A DNA stretch of 64,000 bases from Dendrobates tinctorius (taxonomy: Eukaryota), in assembly GCF_039654945.1 (NCBI RefSeq), contig NW_027361794.1, forward strand, positions 19,840,001 to 19,904,000, in the 5' to 3' direction. The position numbers and the translations under genes were made by a program. The notes under the pieces were generated by a model. It saw nothing but the letters and a program-made list of their open reading frames with translations, was not told the DNA's origin and searched no databases. Below, piece after piece: positions 1-13,000 of this stretch (position 1 is its first letter; each line of letters starts with the position of its first letter).

Positions 1-1249
1 CTTTTAAACATGCCACAATCACGCCTATCCTTAAAAAGCCAACCCTCGACCCAACCGCTATGTCCAGCTATCGCCCAATATCACTGCTCCCATTCGCTTC
101 CAAACTCCTGGAGCTGCACGTCCACGCTGAACATTCCTCCCTCATCTCATCTAACTTGCTCTTTGACAATCTACAATCTGGTTTCTGCCCCATCACTACA
201 CTGAGACTGCCCTGACCAAAATTACTAATGACCTACTTACAGCCAAAGCAAATGGACAATACTCTATACTCCTGCTTCTAGACCTCTGCATTTGACACAG
301 TTGACCACTGCCTCCTACTACAGATCCTCTCCTCCTTTGGCATCAAAGACTTCACCCTATCCTGGATCTCCTTATACCTTTCAAACCGCACATTCAGCGT
401 CTCCCACTCCCACCTCCTCATCCCACCCTCTCTCTGTTGGAATCCCCCAAGGCTGTGTTCTAGGACCCCTACTCTTCTCAATTTATACCCTTGGCCCGGG
501 TCAACTCAAAGTCCCATGGATTTCAGTACCACCTTTATGCTGATGACACTCAGATCTACCTCTCTGGCCCAGACATCACCTCTCTGCTGCAAAGAATCCC
601 GGAGTGTCTATCAGGCATATCCTCCTTCTTCTCTCGCTTCAAGCTCAATGTGGACAAATCTGAACTCATCATCTTTCCTCCATCTCACAGATCTTCCTTA
701 CCTGACCTATCACAATTAATTACATCATGCTTTCCCCAGTACCGGAAGTCCGCTGCCTTGGAGTAACCCTTGACTCTGCCGTGTCCTTCGAACCGCACAT
801 CCAAGCTCTTTCTACCTCCTGTCGCCTCCAGCTCAAAAATATTTCCAGAATCCGTCCTTTCCTCAACCCTCAATCTACTAAAATGCTTGTGCACGCCCTC
901 TTCATCTCCTGCCTCGACTAGTGCAACATCCTTTTCTGTGGTCTCCTTGCACCACATTTGGATCCTTCAGATGGAACCTGAAAACCCACCACTTCAAGAA
1001 AGCCTACAGCCTGCAATGACCCCGCTGCCTCCTCACCACTACCGGAGATATCGCCTCAATCAAAACCAGAACTGCTGCAACCCACCAACCTACTGTCTCC
1101 TTCCCCACCATCCTGTAGCATGTATGCCCAAAAGGGCAGGGTCCTCTCCCCTCTGTATCAGTCTGTCATGGTAAGTTTGTTTACTGTAAGTGATATCTGT
1201 AATTTGTATGTAACCCCTTCTTATGTACAGTACCATGGAATCAATGGTG

Positions 1250-1255
<6 letters not shown>
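1..1255 (+). mobile_element. L2-clade LINE, degenerate 3' part (RT remnants plus 3' tail)
   Basis: Frameshifted RT motifs: AFDTVDH-like, [38 protein letters not shown]. Ends in the L2-type 3' stem-loop agtaccat-ggaatca-atggtgct. The 5' part runs off the window. Confidence 0.85.

Positions 1256-1298
<43 letters not shown>
1250..1298. repeat. (TA)n microsatellite
   Basis: Pure TA run directly after the L2 tail. Confidence 0.97.
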
Positions 1299-1302
<4 letters not shown>

Positions 1303-4113
1303 GCAGAGTCATGTCTCCCGACTCTGCAGATTGCATGCTGTCTTTGTAGGCCTGAATCAGATGGTATGGAGATCAATGAGGGATATCAAAGTTCAAAAAT
1401 AGACTTTCCTTTACTCAACAAGAAAATGATGAGAAAAATAAACATCAGATAGGAGGCACTTCACTTTATGAATGCTTCTTCTGCATTATGCAGAGTCAGG
1501 AACTTTCCGGTTACATGTGGAGGTACATAACTTTTGCTATAAGCCACAATAGTGCAGCAAACCTGAGCTAATGACCTCTTTGTCTCCGCTATTCTCTCTG
1601 CCTGGAATCCAAATTCTCGATGCCATTACATCTTTCCTTACCTTCAGAACGTACTATCTGATGTGTCCCTCCTGATACACAACACCATATCAATTCAGGA
1701 GGACTGCAATCAGATAGAAAGTGAGAAATACAGACATTTGATCTATCTGACTCATCACAAGGAATTTGCTCTCCTGTGTGCCCTGGTAGCTCAGAATGAT
1801 GGCTCCCACATAGTATGATGATCCCAACAGCACTTCACACAGTGTGACGGCCCCCACAGCACCTAACAGTATTATGGCTACCACAACCTGCTACACAAAA
1901 TAAGAACCCCCACTCAGTATGGAAGCATTTACAGTCCACCACAACCCCAGTATAATGGCCCCTACCAGCAATGCTCCAGTCTGTGCAGTGTGAGTACTGA
2001 GGATCCATACTACAGATGTGATGTAGTGACGTCATTGTGTCTGCAGTGTGCGGAGTCTCAGACTCAGAAGCGAAGGCTGAATGGTGGAAGAGAAGCTTTC
2101 AACTCCCTGATTCACTATTCTATTCAACGGTATCAGGGTCAGACTGGCGTGTCTGGGGCCCACCAAGGGAATGGACTCTAGGGGCCCACCCTACAGGTAT
2201 ATACAAATATCTGTCAGTCATTATCCCCATTATAGTGGAGCAACGACTGTAAAACACAGGGTGCTCCTGCACATCTACTCTGCACCCCCATAACTGGGAT
2301 GTACAATTACGGTATTTTACATTTTTAGGTTCTACGGTTAAGACAAGTTATCACCGATCCATGGGCTCCACAGGATAGGTGATTGTTTGTTCTGACCATT
2401 AGAAACTGCTCTGATCAGAAGAATGGGGAAGATTTATCCCTGACAGGACACTTATCACCATTTTAAAATGCAGCAGCAGTTCAGATGTCTGACCGCAGCT
2501 CCATTCATTCTCTTTGGGCCTTCCAGTAAAAAACAAGAGCAGCGCTCGCTGCCACAGAGTGAATGAATGGATCAGTGATCAAGTCGAACATACTGCTCCA
2601 GTGTAATGGGGATATAAATTCCACATTCTACCGACTGGGTCCCAGTAGTCAGACCCTCCCACCACAACAAACAGGAAGCCCCGAGTATTCAGGCTGTCTA
2701 GCAGCTGCAAATCATGCAGCTGTGGCGACGAAAACTAAATCTCCGAGCACGCCAAAATACTAGGAGACCACCCGAGCATGCTGAGTAATGAGTATACTCG
2801 CTCATCACTTGTTATCACTAGTCCTGTGGAGAGGTGATTATTTTTTTCCACAGGAGAACCCCTGTAGCATCTCTGACGCTGTGATCCAAGTATCTAATCT
2901 CTAATAGAAATAAAGAATATTCTCCTAATTAATATCAGAGAGAACAGATGACTGCTATACACAACACAATCCACTATACCAAGACCAATAATACCCCATA
3001 CAGGGAAGAAAAACCACCACACCATTAACAGATCACATAGTGACAGAATAATACTACCTATTACCAGCATATAGGCACCAAATAATACCACATACAAAGA
3101 GAAATACCGCCACATCATTACTAGACTACACATTCCACCACATAGTGAGCAAATAATACCACCTATAGGGGATAAATACCACCATACCGTGACCAGACCA
3201 CAAATTACTACCACATATAATACCAAATAATACCACATATAGGGGATGAATACCAACACACCATGACCAGACCACATATTACCATCATATAGTAACTGAA
3301 TACTACAATATTGATCATGATTACAAAGCATAATACTAACAACACTGTTAATACCACCAGTGACATTGTACACAAGAGCTCTGCATACACTGTCAATGTA
3401 CAGGTAATACAGGGATCACTAGTGATCTTATACACAGGAGCTCTGTATATAGCGTACAGGTAATACAGTGATCACTAGTAACATTATGCACAGGACCGCT
3501 GTATATAGTATACAGTGTATAGTGTCAGTGTACAGGTAATGCAGTGATCACCAGTGACGTTGTACACAGGAGCTCAGTATATAGTGTATAGTGTAGAGAT
3601 GATACAGTGATCAGTGACATTATACACAGGAGCTCTGTATATAGTGTCAGTGTACAGGTAATACAGTGATCCCCAGTGACATTATACACAGGAGCTTTGT
3701 ATATAGTGTATAGTGTGCAGGTAATACACTGATCACCAGTGACATTATACACAGGAGCTTTGTATACAGTGTATAGTATGCAGGTAAACACAGTGATCAC
3801 CAGTGACATTATACACAGGTGCTCTATATAGTGTCAGCATACAGGTAATACAGTGGTCACTGGTGACATTATACAGAGGAGCTCTGTATATAATGTCAGT
3901 GTACAAGTAATATAGTGATCACCAGTGACATTATACACAGTACCTCTGTGTATAGCGTACAGATAATACAGTGATCACCAGTGACATTAAACACATGAGC
4001 TCTGTATATAGTGTCAGTACACAAGTAATACAGTGATCACTTTTGACATTATACACAGGAGCTTTTTATATAGTGTATAGTGTGCAGGTAATACAGTGAT
4101 CATCAGTGACATA

Positions 4114-5751
4114 CAGTCATATGTTAAAGTTTGGGCACCCCTATTAATATTATCCTTTTTTCTTTATAATAATTTTGGTTTTTGCAACAGCTATTTCAGT
4201 TTCATATATCTAATTACTGATGGACTCAGTTATATTTCTGGATTCAAATGAGGTTTATTGTACTAACAGAAAATGTGCAATCTGCATTTAAACAAAATTT
4301 AACTGGTGCAAAAGTATGGGCACCTCAACATAAAAGTGACATTAATATTTTGTAGATCCTCCTTTTGCAAAAATAACAGCCTCTAGTCGCTTCCTGTAGC
4401 TATTAATGAGTTCCTGGATGAAGGTATTTGTGACCATTTCTGTTTACAAAACAATTCCAGTTCAGTTAAGTTTGATGGTCGCCGAGCATGGACAGCCCGC
4501 TTCAAATTATCCCACAGATGTTCAATGATATTCAGGTCTGGGGACTGGGATGGCCATTCCAGAACATTGTAATTGTTCCTCTGCATGAATGCCTGAGTAG
4601 ATTTGGAGCAGTGTTTTGGATCATTGTCTTGCTGAAATATCCATCCCCTGAGTAACTTCAACTTCGTCACTGATTCTTGCACATTATTGTCAAGAATCTG
4701 CTGATACTGAGTTGAATCCATGCGACCCTCAACTTTAACAAGATTCCCGGTGTCGGCATTGGCCACACAGCCCCAAAGCATGATGGAACCTCCACCAAAT
4801 TTTACTGTGGGTAGCAAATGTTTTTCTTGGAATGCTGTGTTTTTTAGCCTCCATGCATAACGTCTTTTTGTATGACCAAACAACTCAATCTTTGTTTCAT
4901 CAGTCCACAGGACCTTCTTCCAAAATGTAACTGGCTTGTGCAAATGTGCTTTTGCAGACCTCAGGCGACTCTGTTTGTGGCGTGCTTGCAGAAATGGCTT
5001 CTTTCGCATCACTCTCCCATACAGCGTCTCCTTGTGCAAAGTGCGCTGTATTGTTGACCGATGCACAGTGACACCATCTGCAGCAAGATGATGCTGCCGG
5101 TCTTTGGAGGTGGTCTGTGGATTGTCCTTGACTGTTCTCACCATTCTTCTTCTCTGCCTTTCTGATATTTTTCTTGGCCTGCCACTTCTGGGCTTAACAA
5201 GAACTGTACCTGTGTTCTTCCATTTCCTTACTATGTTCCTCACAGTGGAAACTGACAGGTTAAATCTCTGAGACAACTTTTTGTATCCTTCCCCTGAAAA
5301 GCTATGTTGAATAATCTTTGTTTGCAGATCATTTGAGAGTTGTTTTGAGGAGCCCATGATGCCACTCTTCATAGGAGAATCAAATAGGAGAACTACTTGC
5401 AAGTGGCCACCTTAAATACCTTTTCTCATGATTTGATACACCTGGCTATGAAGTTCAAAGCTCAATGAGGTTACAAAGCCAATTTAGTGCTTCAGGAAGT
5501 CAGTAAAAAGTAGTTAGGAGTGTTCAAATCAATAAAATGATACGGGTGCCCATACTTTTGGACCAGTCAAATTTTGTTTAAATGCAGATTTCACATTTTC
5601 TGTTAGTACAATAAACCTCATTTGAATCCAGAAATATAACTGAGTCCATCAGTAGATATATGAAACTGAAATAGCTGTTGCAAAAAACAAAATTGTTATA
5701 AAGAAAAAAGGTTAACATTAATAGGGGTGCCCAAACTTTAACATATGACTG
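4114..5751 (-). mobile_element. Full-length Tc1/mariner element, DD34E, long IR/DR-type TIRs
   Basis: ~210-bp TIRs (cagtcatatgttaaagtttgggcaccc ... gggtgcccaaactttaacatatgactg), each with an inner direct repeat. TA TSD at 4112-4113 and 5752-5753. Confidence 0.96.
4383..5402 (-). CDS. Tc1 transposase (DD34E), nearly intact, with a C-terminal frameshift
   Basis: Paired-like HTH, GRPRK, WTDETK, QQDNDPKH...SPDLNIIE (34 residues between D and E). The native tail (QELINSYRKRLEAVIFAKGGSTKY) is in another frame. Likely true start is MGSSKQLS. Confidence 0.9.
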   Translation of the reverse strand: MQVVLLFDSPMKSGIMGSSKQLSNDLQTKIIQHSFSGEGYKKLSQRFNLSVSTVRNIVRKWKNTGTVLVKPRSGRPRKISERQRRRMVRTVKDNPQTTSKDRQHHLAADGVTVHRSTIQRTLHKETLYGRVMRKKPFLQARHKQSRLRSAKAHLHKPVTFWKKVLWTDETKIELFGHTKRRYAWRLKNTAFQEKHLLPTVKFGGGSIMLWGCVANADTGNLVKVEGRMDSTQYQQILDNNVQESVTKLKLLRGWIFQQDNDPKHCSKSTQAFMQRNNYNVLEWPSQSPDLNIIEHLWDNLKRAVHARRPSNLTELELFCKQKWSQIPSSRNSLIATGSD

Positions 5752-6468
5752 TATATACGAGCTCTGTATATAGTGTCAGTGTTCAGGTAATACAGTGATC
5801 ACTGGTTACTTTATACACAGGAGCTCTGCATATAGTGTCATGGTACAGGTAATACAGTGATCACCAGTGATATATATATATAGGAGCTCTGTATATAGTG
5901 TCAGTGTACAGATAATACAGTGATCACCAGTGACAATATACACAGGAACTCTGTACTCAGTCTATAGTGTATAGTGTGCGTGTACAAGTAATACACTGAC
6001 TCACCGGTGACGTCTCTAGTTGAAGTCCTTCTTCTTTGCTTTTCTCCTTCAGTCAGCACAGACTACCATCACTTTTTCCAGCCAGGACTCATCTTTGCAA
6101 AAAAAAAAAACACACAGTCATCAATAGCTGATCGCTTCCAGAGCACTTTCCCCACTTTTTTCCTGACTTCTACACTACGCCAGATGAAGAAAAAAAAAAA
6201 AAAAAGACAGTGCCGCTCTGCACAGTAACAGGACCCTAAAGAAATTATGTTCCCCACTTGTCACCATAAACTAATATAGCATGTTCCTCATTCTGGCCCC
6301 CAAACAGTAATTAAGTCCCTCATCCTGGCCCCCTTTATTTAATAATCTACCCAGCCTGGCCCCCTTTATTTTATAATATGCCCCAGCCTGGCCCCCTATG
6401 TCCCTTGTGCAGCCTGGTGCCCAGATATCCATACTGGCCCCCATATGTCCCTTGTCCTGCCCCACCCC

Positions 6469-7672
6469 TGTAGTGCTAATATATAAATGGCTATTTTGAG
6501 TCCATATTGAAATATATAGAATGTATTCTTTATATTACATAGCTGCATTTCTAGTTAGACATTAACAGCTACAGACCGGGACAATGCTCATCTTAAGAAC
6601 TATTGTTTATTACCTGAAACCATTTCACGTCACAAACAGTTCTGTTTATCTATATTTGTTGTTTGTCATTGTAAAACATTAAGGTTTATTTAACCTCTCT
6701 CTGTGTTGGTTTTATCTATATCCATGTGACTTTTATATTGTAACGGTTTATGACCCATTGTCTGATGATGCCATGTTGTCTGTTTAATCCAATCTTGAAA
6801 GCCGGCCACTGGAAGGGTTGGGTGAAGCAAGTTAAGGGCCTGTCACACTAAGCGATATCGCTAGCAATATCGCTATAACGTCACTGGTTTTTGTGACGTA
6901 GCAGCGATAATGCTAGCGATATCGCTATGCCTGATACTTACTTCCGACCGGCTCCCCTGCTGGTTATAGCTGGTCGCGCGAGAGCGTCCTGGGCCTGTTT
7001 CTCGTCGGCCACTTCCTACTGAGGCTTCCTGTGGCGCCGACGAGCGACGCGTGGATGCGGGCGGGAGGACGTTAGGATCGCCGCGTCTGACAGGTTAGTA
7101 ATGATCCCCGTCCCCAGCGATGTCGCTGGTGAGATCTGCCTGTGTGGCAGCTCACTAGCGACCACTTAGCGATGCACCAGCGATCCTGACCGCGTCATAT
7201 CGCTGGTGCATCGCTAAGTGTGACAGTACCTTTACACATAAGTGTAATTTAGTATATAAGGCCAGAGAAACATGACTAAGACAGAAGCAAAAACTGGATA
7301 CCTGTATGTGTACAGTGTGGATACCTGCATAAGCGGGGACGCCCGTGCAGTGTTGTGAATCTTCCAGGGGTCTCTGTCTTGGTGTTGCTTCTCTGATATT
7401 CCAGACGGATGATGTTTAAAAACCTCTCGGTGATGATGTGAGTACACTGTATATAGTTAATCTTTATATATATACCTAATCATTATATGTATTCAATCTT
7501 TATCTGTACTCAACCTTTGTATCTTAAAATATACAAAAATGTACACAATCTATACTATCTAATCATACCATTCCTTTAATTTTGTACCTTGAAATAAAAT
7601 TGCGTTATATCGCAAGCAGTAGCCTTCTTTAAAGCCATATCCGAGCCTTAGTGTTAAAAACTTGGCAATACA
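6469..7672 (+). mobile_element. Solo LTR-like element, AT-rich, with a nested MITE
   Basis: TGTAGTGC...GCAATACA termini, TSD cacccc (6463-6468 / 7673-7678), AATAAA near 7593. Both ends are homologous to the element at 40897-42110. Confidence 0.75.
6835..7231. mobile_element. PIF/Harbinger-type MITE (~400 bp)
   Basis: TIR agggcctgtcacactaagcg / cgctaagtgtgacagtacct, 3-bp TTA TSD, internal agcgat-atcgct palindromes. Confidence 0.85.
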
Positions 7673-7678
7673 CACCCC

Positions 7679-8925
7679 ATATATCCATCCTGGTCCATTG
7701 TCCTGGCCTCCTCCATAAATCCATGCTGGCTCCCCCCATATATCTATCCTGGTCCCACTTATATATGCATCCTGGTTCCCCCCAATATATCCATCCTGGT
7801 CCCACATATACATATATATGCACCCTGGCTCCACCATATATATATGCATCCTGGACCCCCATGTATGCATTCTGCTTGCCCCCTTATATCCATCCTGGTC
7901 CTTTTTTACTGCCCCCCATATATCCATCCTGCTGCCCCCTTATATCCATCCTGGTCCTTTTTCCTGCCCCCCCCCCCATATATCCATCCTGCCGGCCCCC
8001 TTATATCCATCCTGGTCCTTTTTTCCTGCCCCCCATATATCCATCCTGCCGCCCCCTTTATATCCATCCTGGTCCTTTTTTCCTGCCCCCCATATATCCA
8101 TCCTGCTGCCCCCTTTATATCCATCCTGATCATTTTTTCCTGCCCCCCATATATCCATCCTGCCGCCCCCTTATATCCATCCCGATCATTTTTTCCTGCC
8201 CCCCATATATCCATCCTGCTGCCCCCTTATATCCATCCTGGTCCTTTTTCCTGCCCCCCCCCCCATATATCCATCCTGCCGGCCCCCTTATATCCATCCT
8301 GGCCCTTTTTTCCTGCCCCCCATATATCCATCCTGCCGCCCCCTTTATATCCATCCTGGTCCTTTTTTCCTGCCCCCCATATATCCATCCTGCCGCCCCC
8401 TTATATCCATCCCGATCATTTTTTCCTGCCCCCATATATCCATCCTGCTGCCCCCTTATATCCATCCTGGTCCTTTTTCCTGCCCCCCATATATCCATCC
8501 TGCCGCCCCCTTATATCCATCCTGGTCCTTTTTTCTTGCCCACCATATATCCATCCTGTCATCCTGCCACCCCCCTTATATCCATCCTGGTCCTTTTTTC
8601 CTTCCCCCTATATATCCATCCAGCCGCCCCCTTATATCCATCCTGGTCCTTTTTTCTTGCCCCCCCCATATATCTGTCCTGGTCCTTATTTGTTTTTACT
8701 GCCCCCCATATATCCATCCTGTTTGCCTCCCTTAAATCCATTCTGCTTCTTTTTCCTGCCCCCCATATATCCATCCTGTCGCCCCCCTTATATCCTCCTG
8801 GGTCCTCTTTCCTGCCCCCATATATCCATCGTGTCATTCCAGTTATATCCATCCTGATCCTTTTTTCCTGCCCCCCTATATATCCATTGTGCCGCCGGCC
8901 TTAAATCCATCCTGGTCCTTTTTTT
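7679..8925. repeat. ~57-bp C-rich minisatellite
   Basis: Unit approximately ccccatatatccatcctgccgcccccttatatccatcctggtccttttttcctgc. Related degenerate units at 6290-6468 lie on the other side of the solo LTR. Confidence 0.95.
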
Positions 8926-9319
8926 CTGACACAGACTTTTTTTTTTTCTTGTTCTCCTTCTCTCCTTTCCTTCCTCTGCCAAGGGCCCACTGGGGGAATC
9001 CCCGGTACCCCGCCAGGCCAGACCGACCCTGAACGGTATCACCGTCATGGGAATGTGGATATCACTGAAACTGTGATGCTAGGAAGGAGAGGGTGACCAA
9101 TACCAAACCCCACGAGCCCTCTCAATTCATAGGCATAATAGTGATCGAGTGGGCTACCGCTATGGATGATACACTCTGCCTAACCAACTATCGTATGGTA
9201 AATATCTCATAGATCCTGGGGTCATTAGTATCTGCACCAAGAATGAGGCTGAGTATTTAATTAACTGTTGGTGGTCAGAGGTAGTCAGTGAAGTGGATGG
9301 TATCATATTGCACATGTAG

Positions 9320-10070
9320 GGGGCAGTACTGTTGGGACATTATACTGTGTGTGTGTGGGAACAAAATACTGTGTGGAGGGATGGTGGTACTGTGAGATTA
9401 TACTATGTGTAGGGGTATGGCGATACTGTGGAAATATCTTTTGTGTGAGAGATGCCAGTACTGTGGAAGCTTAATACTGTGTGAGGGACAACATATATAC
9501 TGCATAAGGGGTGTAAAATGGTGTGTCATAAGAAGAACGAATTCTCAGGGCTGTGCTTGTGCGACATTTATACAAAAACACTGTGTGGGGGCATCATATA
9601 TACTGCATAAGGGGCATAATGGGGGCATTACACTGTGTGGGGGCATCATATATACTGAATAAGGGGCATAATGGGGGCATTACACTGTGTGGGGACATCA
9701 TATATACTGCATAAGGGGCATTATGGGGGCATTATACTGTGTGGGGGGCATCATATATACTGCATAAGGGGCATAATGGGGGCATTACACTGTGTGGGGG
9801 CATCATATATACTGCATAAGGGGCATTATGGGGGCATTATACTGTGTGGGGGTATCATATATACTGCATAAGGAGCGTAATGGGGGCATTACACTGTGTG
9901 GGGGCATCATATATACTGTATAAGGGGCATAATGGGGGCATTACACTGTGTGGGGGGCATCATATATACTGCATAAGGGGCATAATGGGGGCATTACACT
10001 GTGTGGGGGCATCATATATACTGCATAAGGGGCATAATGGGGGCATTACACTGTGTGGGGCCAAGAAAGG
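9320..10070. repeat. ~50-bp minisatellite
   Basis: Unit approximately cattacactgtgtgggggcatcatatatactgcataaggggcataatgggg. It is a reverse-complement relative of the 24.1-27.2 kb array. Confidence 0.9.
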
Positions 10071-13000
10071 GGCCCCATTATTCTCTATGTGGAGTGCGGC
10101 TCTGCGGGTGGAGGTCAGTGCTGGAGGCTCCATTTTTCTCTATGTGGAGTGCGGCTCTGCGGGTGGAGGTAAGTGCTGGAGGCTCCATTATTCTCTATGT
10201 GGAGTGCGGCTCTGCGGGTGGAGGTCGGTGCTGAAGGCTCCATTATTCTCTATGTGGAGTGCGGCTCTGCGGGTGGAGGTCGGTGCCGGAGGCTCCATTA
10301 TTCTCTATATGTAGTGCGGCTCTGCGGGTGGAGGTAAGTGCTGGAGGCTCCATTATTCTCTATGTGGAGTGCGGCTCTGCGGGTGGAGGTCGGTGCTGGA
10401 GGCTCCATTATTCTCTATGTGGAGTGCGGCTCTGCGGGTGGATGTCGGTGCTGGAGGCTCCATTATTCTCTAACTCCTCCCGCACTCCACATAGAGAAAA
10501 ATGGAGCCTCCAGCACCGACCTCCACCCGCAGAGCCGCACTCCACATAGAGAATAATGGAGCCTCCAGCACCGACCTCCTCCCGCAGAGCCGCACTCCAC
10601 ATAGAGAATAATGGAGCCTCCAGCACCGACCTCCACCCGCAGAGCCGCACTCCACATAGAGAATAATGGAGCCTCCAGCACCGACCTCCTCCCGCAGAGC
10701 CACACTCCACATAGAGAATAATGGAGCCTCCGGCACCTAACTCCTCCCGCACTCCACATAGAGAATAATGGAGCCTCCAGCACCGACCTCCTCCCGCAGA
10801 GCCGCACTCCACATAGAGAATAATGGAGCCTCCAGCACTTACCTCCACCCGCAGAGCCGCACTACATATAGAGAATAATGGAGCCTCCGGCACCGACCTC
10901 CACCCGCAGAGCCGCACTCCACATAGAGAATAATGGAGCCTTCAGCACCGACCTCCACCCGCAGAGCCGCACTCCACATAGAGAATAATGGAGCCTCCAG
11001 CACTTACCTCCACCCGCAGAGCCGCACTCCACATAGAGAATAATGGAGCCTCCAGCACCGACCTCCTCCCGCAGAGCCGCACTCCACATAGAGAATAATG
11101 GAGCCTCCAGCACTTACCTCCACCCGCAGAGCCGCACTACATATAGAGAATAATGGAGCCTCCGGCACCGACCTCCACCCGCAGAGCCGCACTCCACATA
11201 GAGAATAATGGAGCCTTCAGCACCGACCTCCACCCGCAGAGCCGCACTCCACATAGAGAATAATGGAGCCTCCAGCACTTACCTCCACCCGCAGAGCCGC
11301 ACTCCACATAGAGAATAATGGAGCCTCCAGCACCGACCTCCTCCCGCAGAGCCGCACTCCACATAGAGAATAATGGAGCCTCCAGCACTTACCTCCACCC
11401 GCAGAGCCGCACTACATATAGAGAATAATGGAGCCTCCGGCACCGACCTCCACCCGCAGAGCCGCACTCCACATAGAGAATAATGGAGCCTTCAGCACCG
11501 ACCTCCACCCGCAGAGCCGCACTCCACATAGAGAATAATGGAGCCTCCAGCACCGACCTCCACCCGCAGAGCCGCACTCCACATAGAGAATAATGGAGCC
11601 TCCAGCACCGACCTCCACCCGCAGAGCCGCACTCCACATAGAGAATAATGGAGCCTCCAGCACCGACCTCCACCCGCAGAGCCGCACTCCACATAGAGAA
11701 TAATGGAGCCTCCAGCACCGACCTCCACCCGCAGAGCCACACTCCACAGAGAATAATGGAGCCTCCAGCACCAACCTCCACCCGCAGAGCCGCACTTCAC
11801 ATAGAGAATAATGGGGCCTCCAGCACCGACCTCCACCCGCAGAGCCACACTCCACATAGAGAATAATGGAGCCTCCAGCACCAACCTCCACCCGCAGAGC
11901 CGCACTCCACAGAGAATAATGGAGCCTCCAGCACCTACCTCCACTCGCAGAGCCGCACTCCACATAGAGAATAATTATGGAGCCTCCAGCACCGACCTCC
12001 ACCCGCAGAGCCGCACTCCACATAGAGAATAATGGAGCCTCCAGCACCGACCTCCACCCGCAGAGCCACACTCCACATAGAGAATGGAGCCTCCAGCACC
12101 GACCTCCACCCGCAGAGCCGCACTCCACATAGAGAATAATGGGGCCTCCAGCACCGACCTCCACCCGCAGAGCCACACTCCACATAGAGAATAATGGAGC
12201 CTCCAGCACCGACCTCCACCCGCAGAGCCACACTCCACATAGAGAATGGAGCCTCCAGCACCGACCTCCACAGAGAATAATGGAGCCTCCAGCACCGACC
12301 TCCACCCGCAGTGCCGCACTCCACATAGAGAATAATGGAGCCGCCAGCACCGACCTCCACCCGCAGAGCCGCACTCCACATAGAGAATAATGGGGCCTCC
12401 AGCACCGACCTCCACCCGCAGAGCCACACTCCACATAGAGAATAATGGAGCCTCCAGCACCGACCTCCACAGAGAATAATGGAGCCTCCAGCACCTACCT
12501 CCACCCGCAGAGCCGCACTCCTCATAGAGAATAATGGAGCCTCCGGCACCTACCTCCACCCGCAGAGCCGAACTCCACATAGAGAATAAAGGAGCCTCCA
12601 GCACCGACCTCCACCTGCAGAGCCACACTCCACATAGAGAATAATGGAGACTCCGGCACCGACCTCCACCCGCAGAGCCGCACTCTACATAGAGAATAAT
12701 GGAGCCTCCAGCACCGACCTCCACCCGCAGAGCCGCACTCCACATACAGAATAATGGAGCCTCCAGCACCGACCTCCACCCGCAGAGCCACACTCCACAG
12801 AGAATAATGGAGCCTCCAGCACCAACCTCCACCCGCAGAGCCGCACTTCACATAGAGAATAATGGGGCCTCCAGCACCGACCTCCACCCACAGAGCCGCA
12901 CTCCACATAGAGAATAATGGAGCCTCCGGCACCGACCTCCACCCGCAGAGCCACACTCCACAAGAGAATAATGGAGCCTCCGGCACCGACCTCCACCCGT

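Larger units (their letters stand above)
3340..5990. repeat. ~62-bp minisatellite, split by the Tc1 insertion
   Basis: Unit approximately gtatatagtgtcagtgtacaggtaatacagtgatcaccagtgacattatacacaggagctct, at 3340-4111 and 5754-5990. Confidence 0.9.
2134..9031. mobile_element. Non-autonomous hAT-type DNA transposon (6.9 kb including nested insertions)
   Basis: Imperfect TIR cagggtcagactggc ... gccagaccgaccctg, flanked by a perfect 8-bp TSD aacggtat (2126-2133 and 9032-9039). No transposase of its own; the interior is minisatellite-rich. Confidence 0.85.

Noticed and set aside
2280-2870. Kolobok/T2-MITE-like and hAT-end fragments
   Set aside because: The sequence is suggestive (gctcatcact end, partial inverted repeats), but termini and TSDs could not be defined.
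7559-8904. Pro-rich, extensin-like ORFs (417 and 337 aa)
   Set aside because: They are translations of a minisatellite and are open in several frames on both strands.
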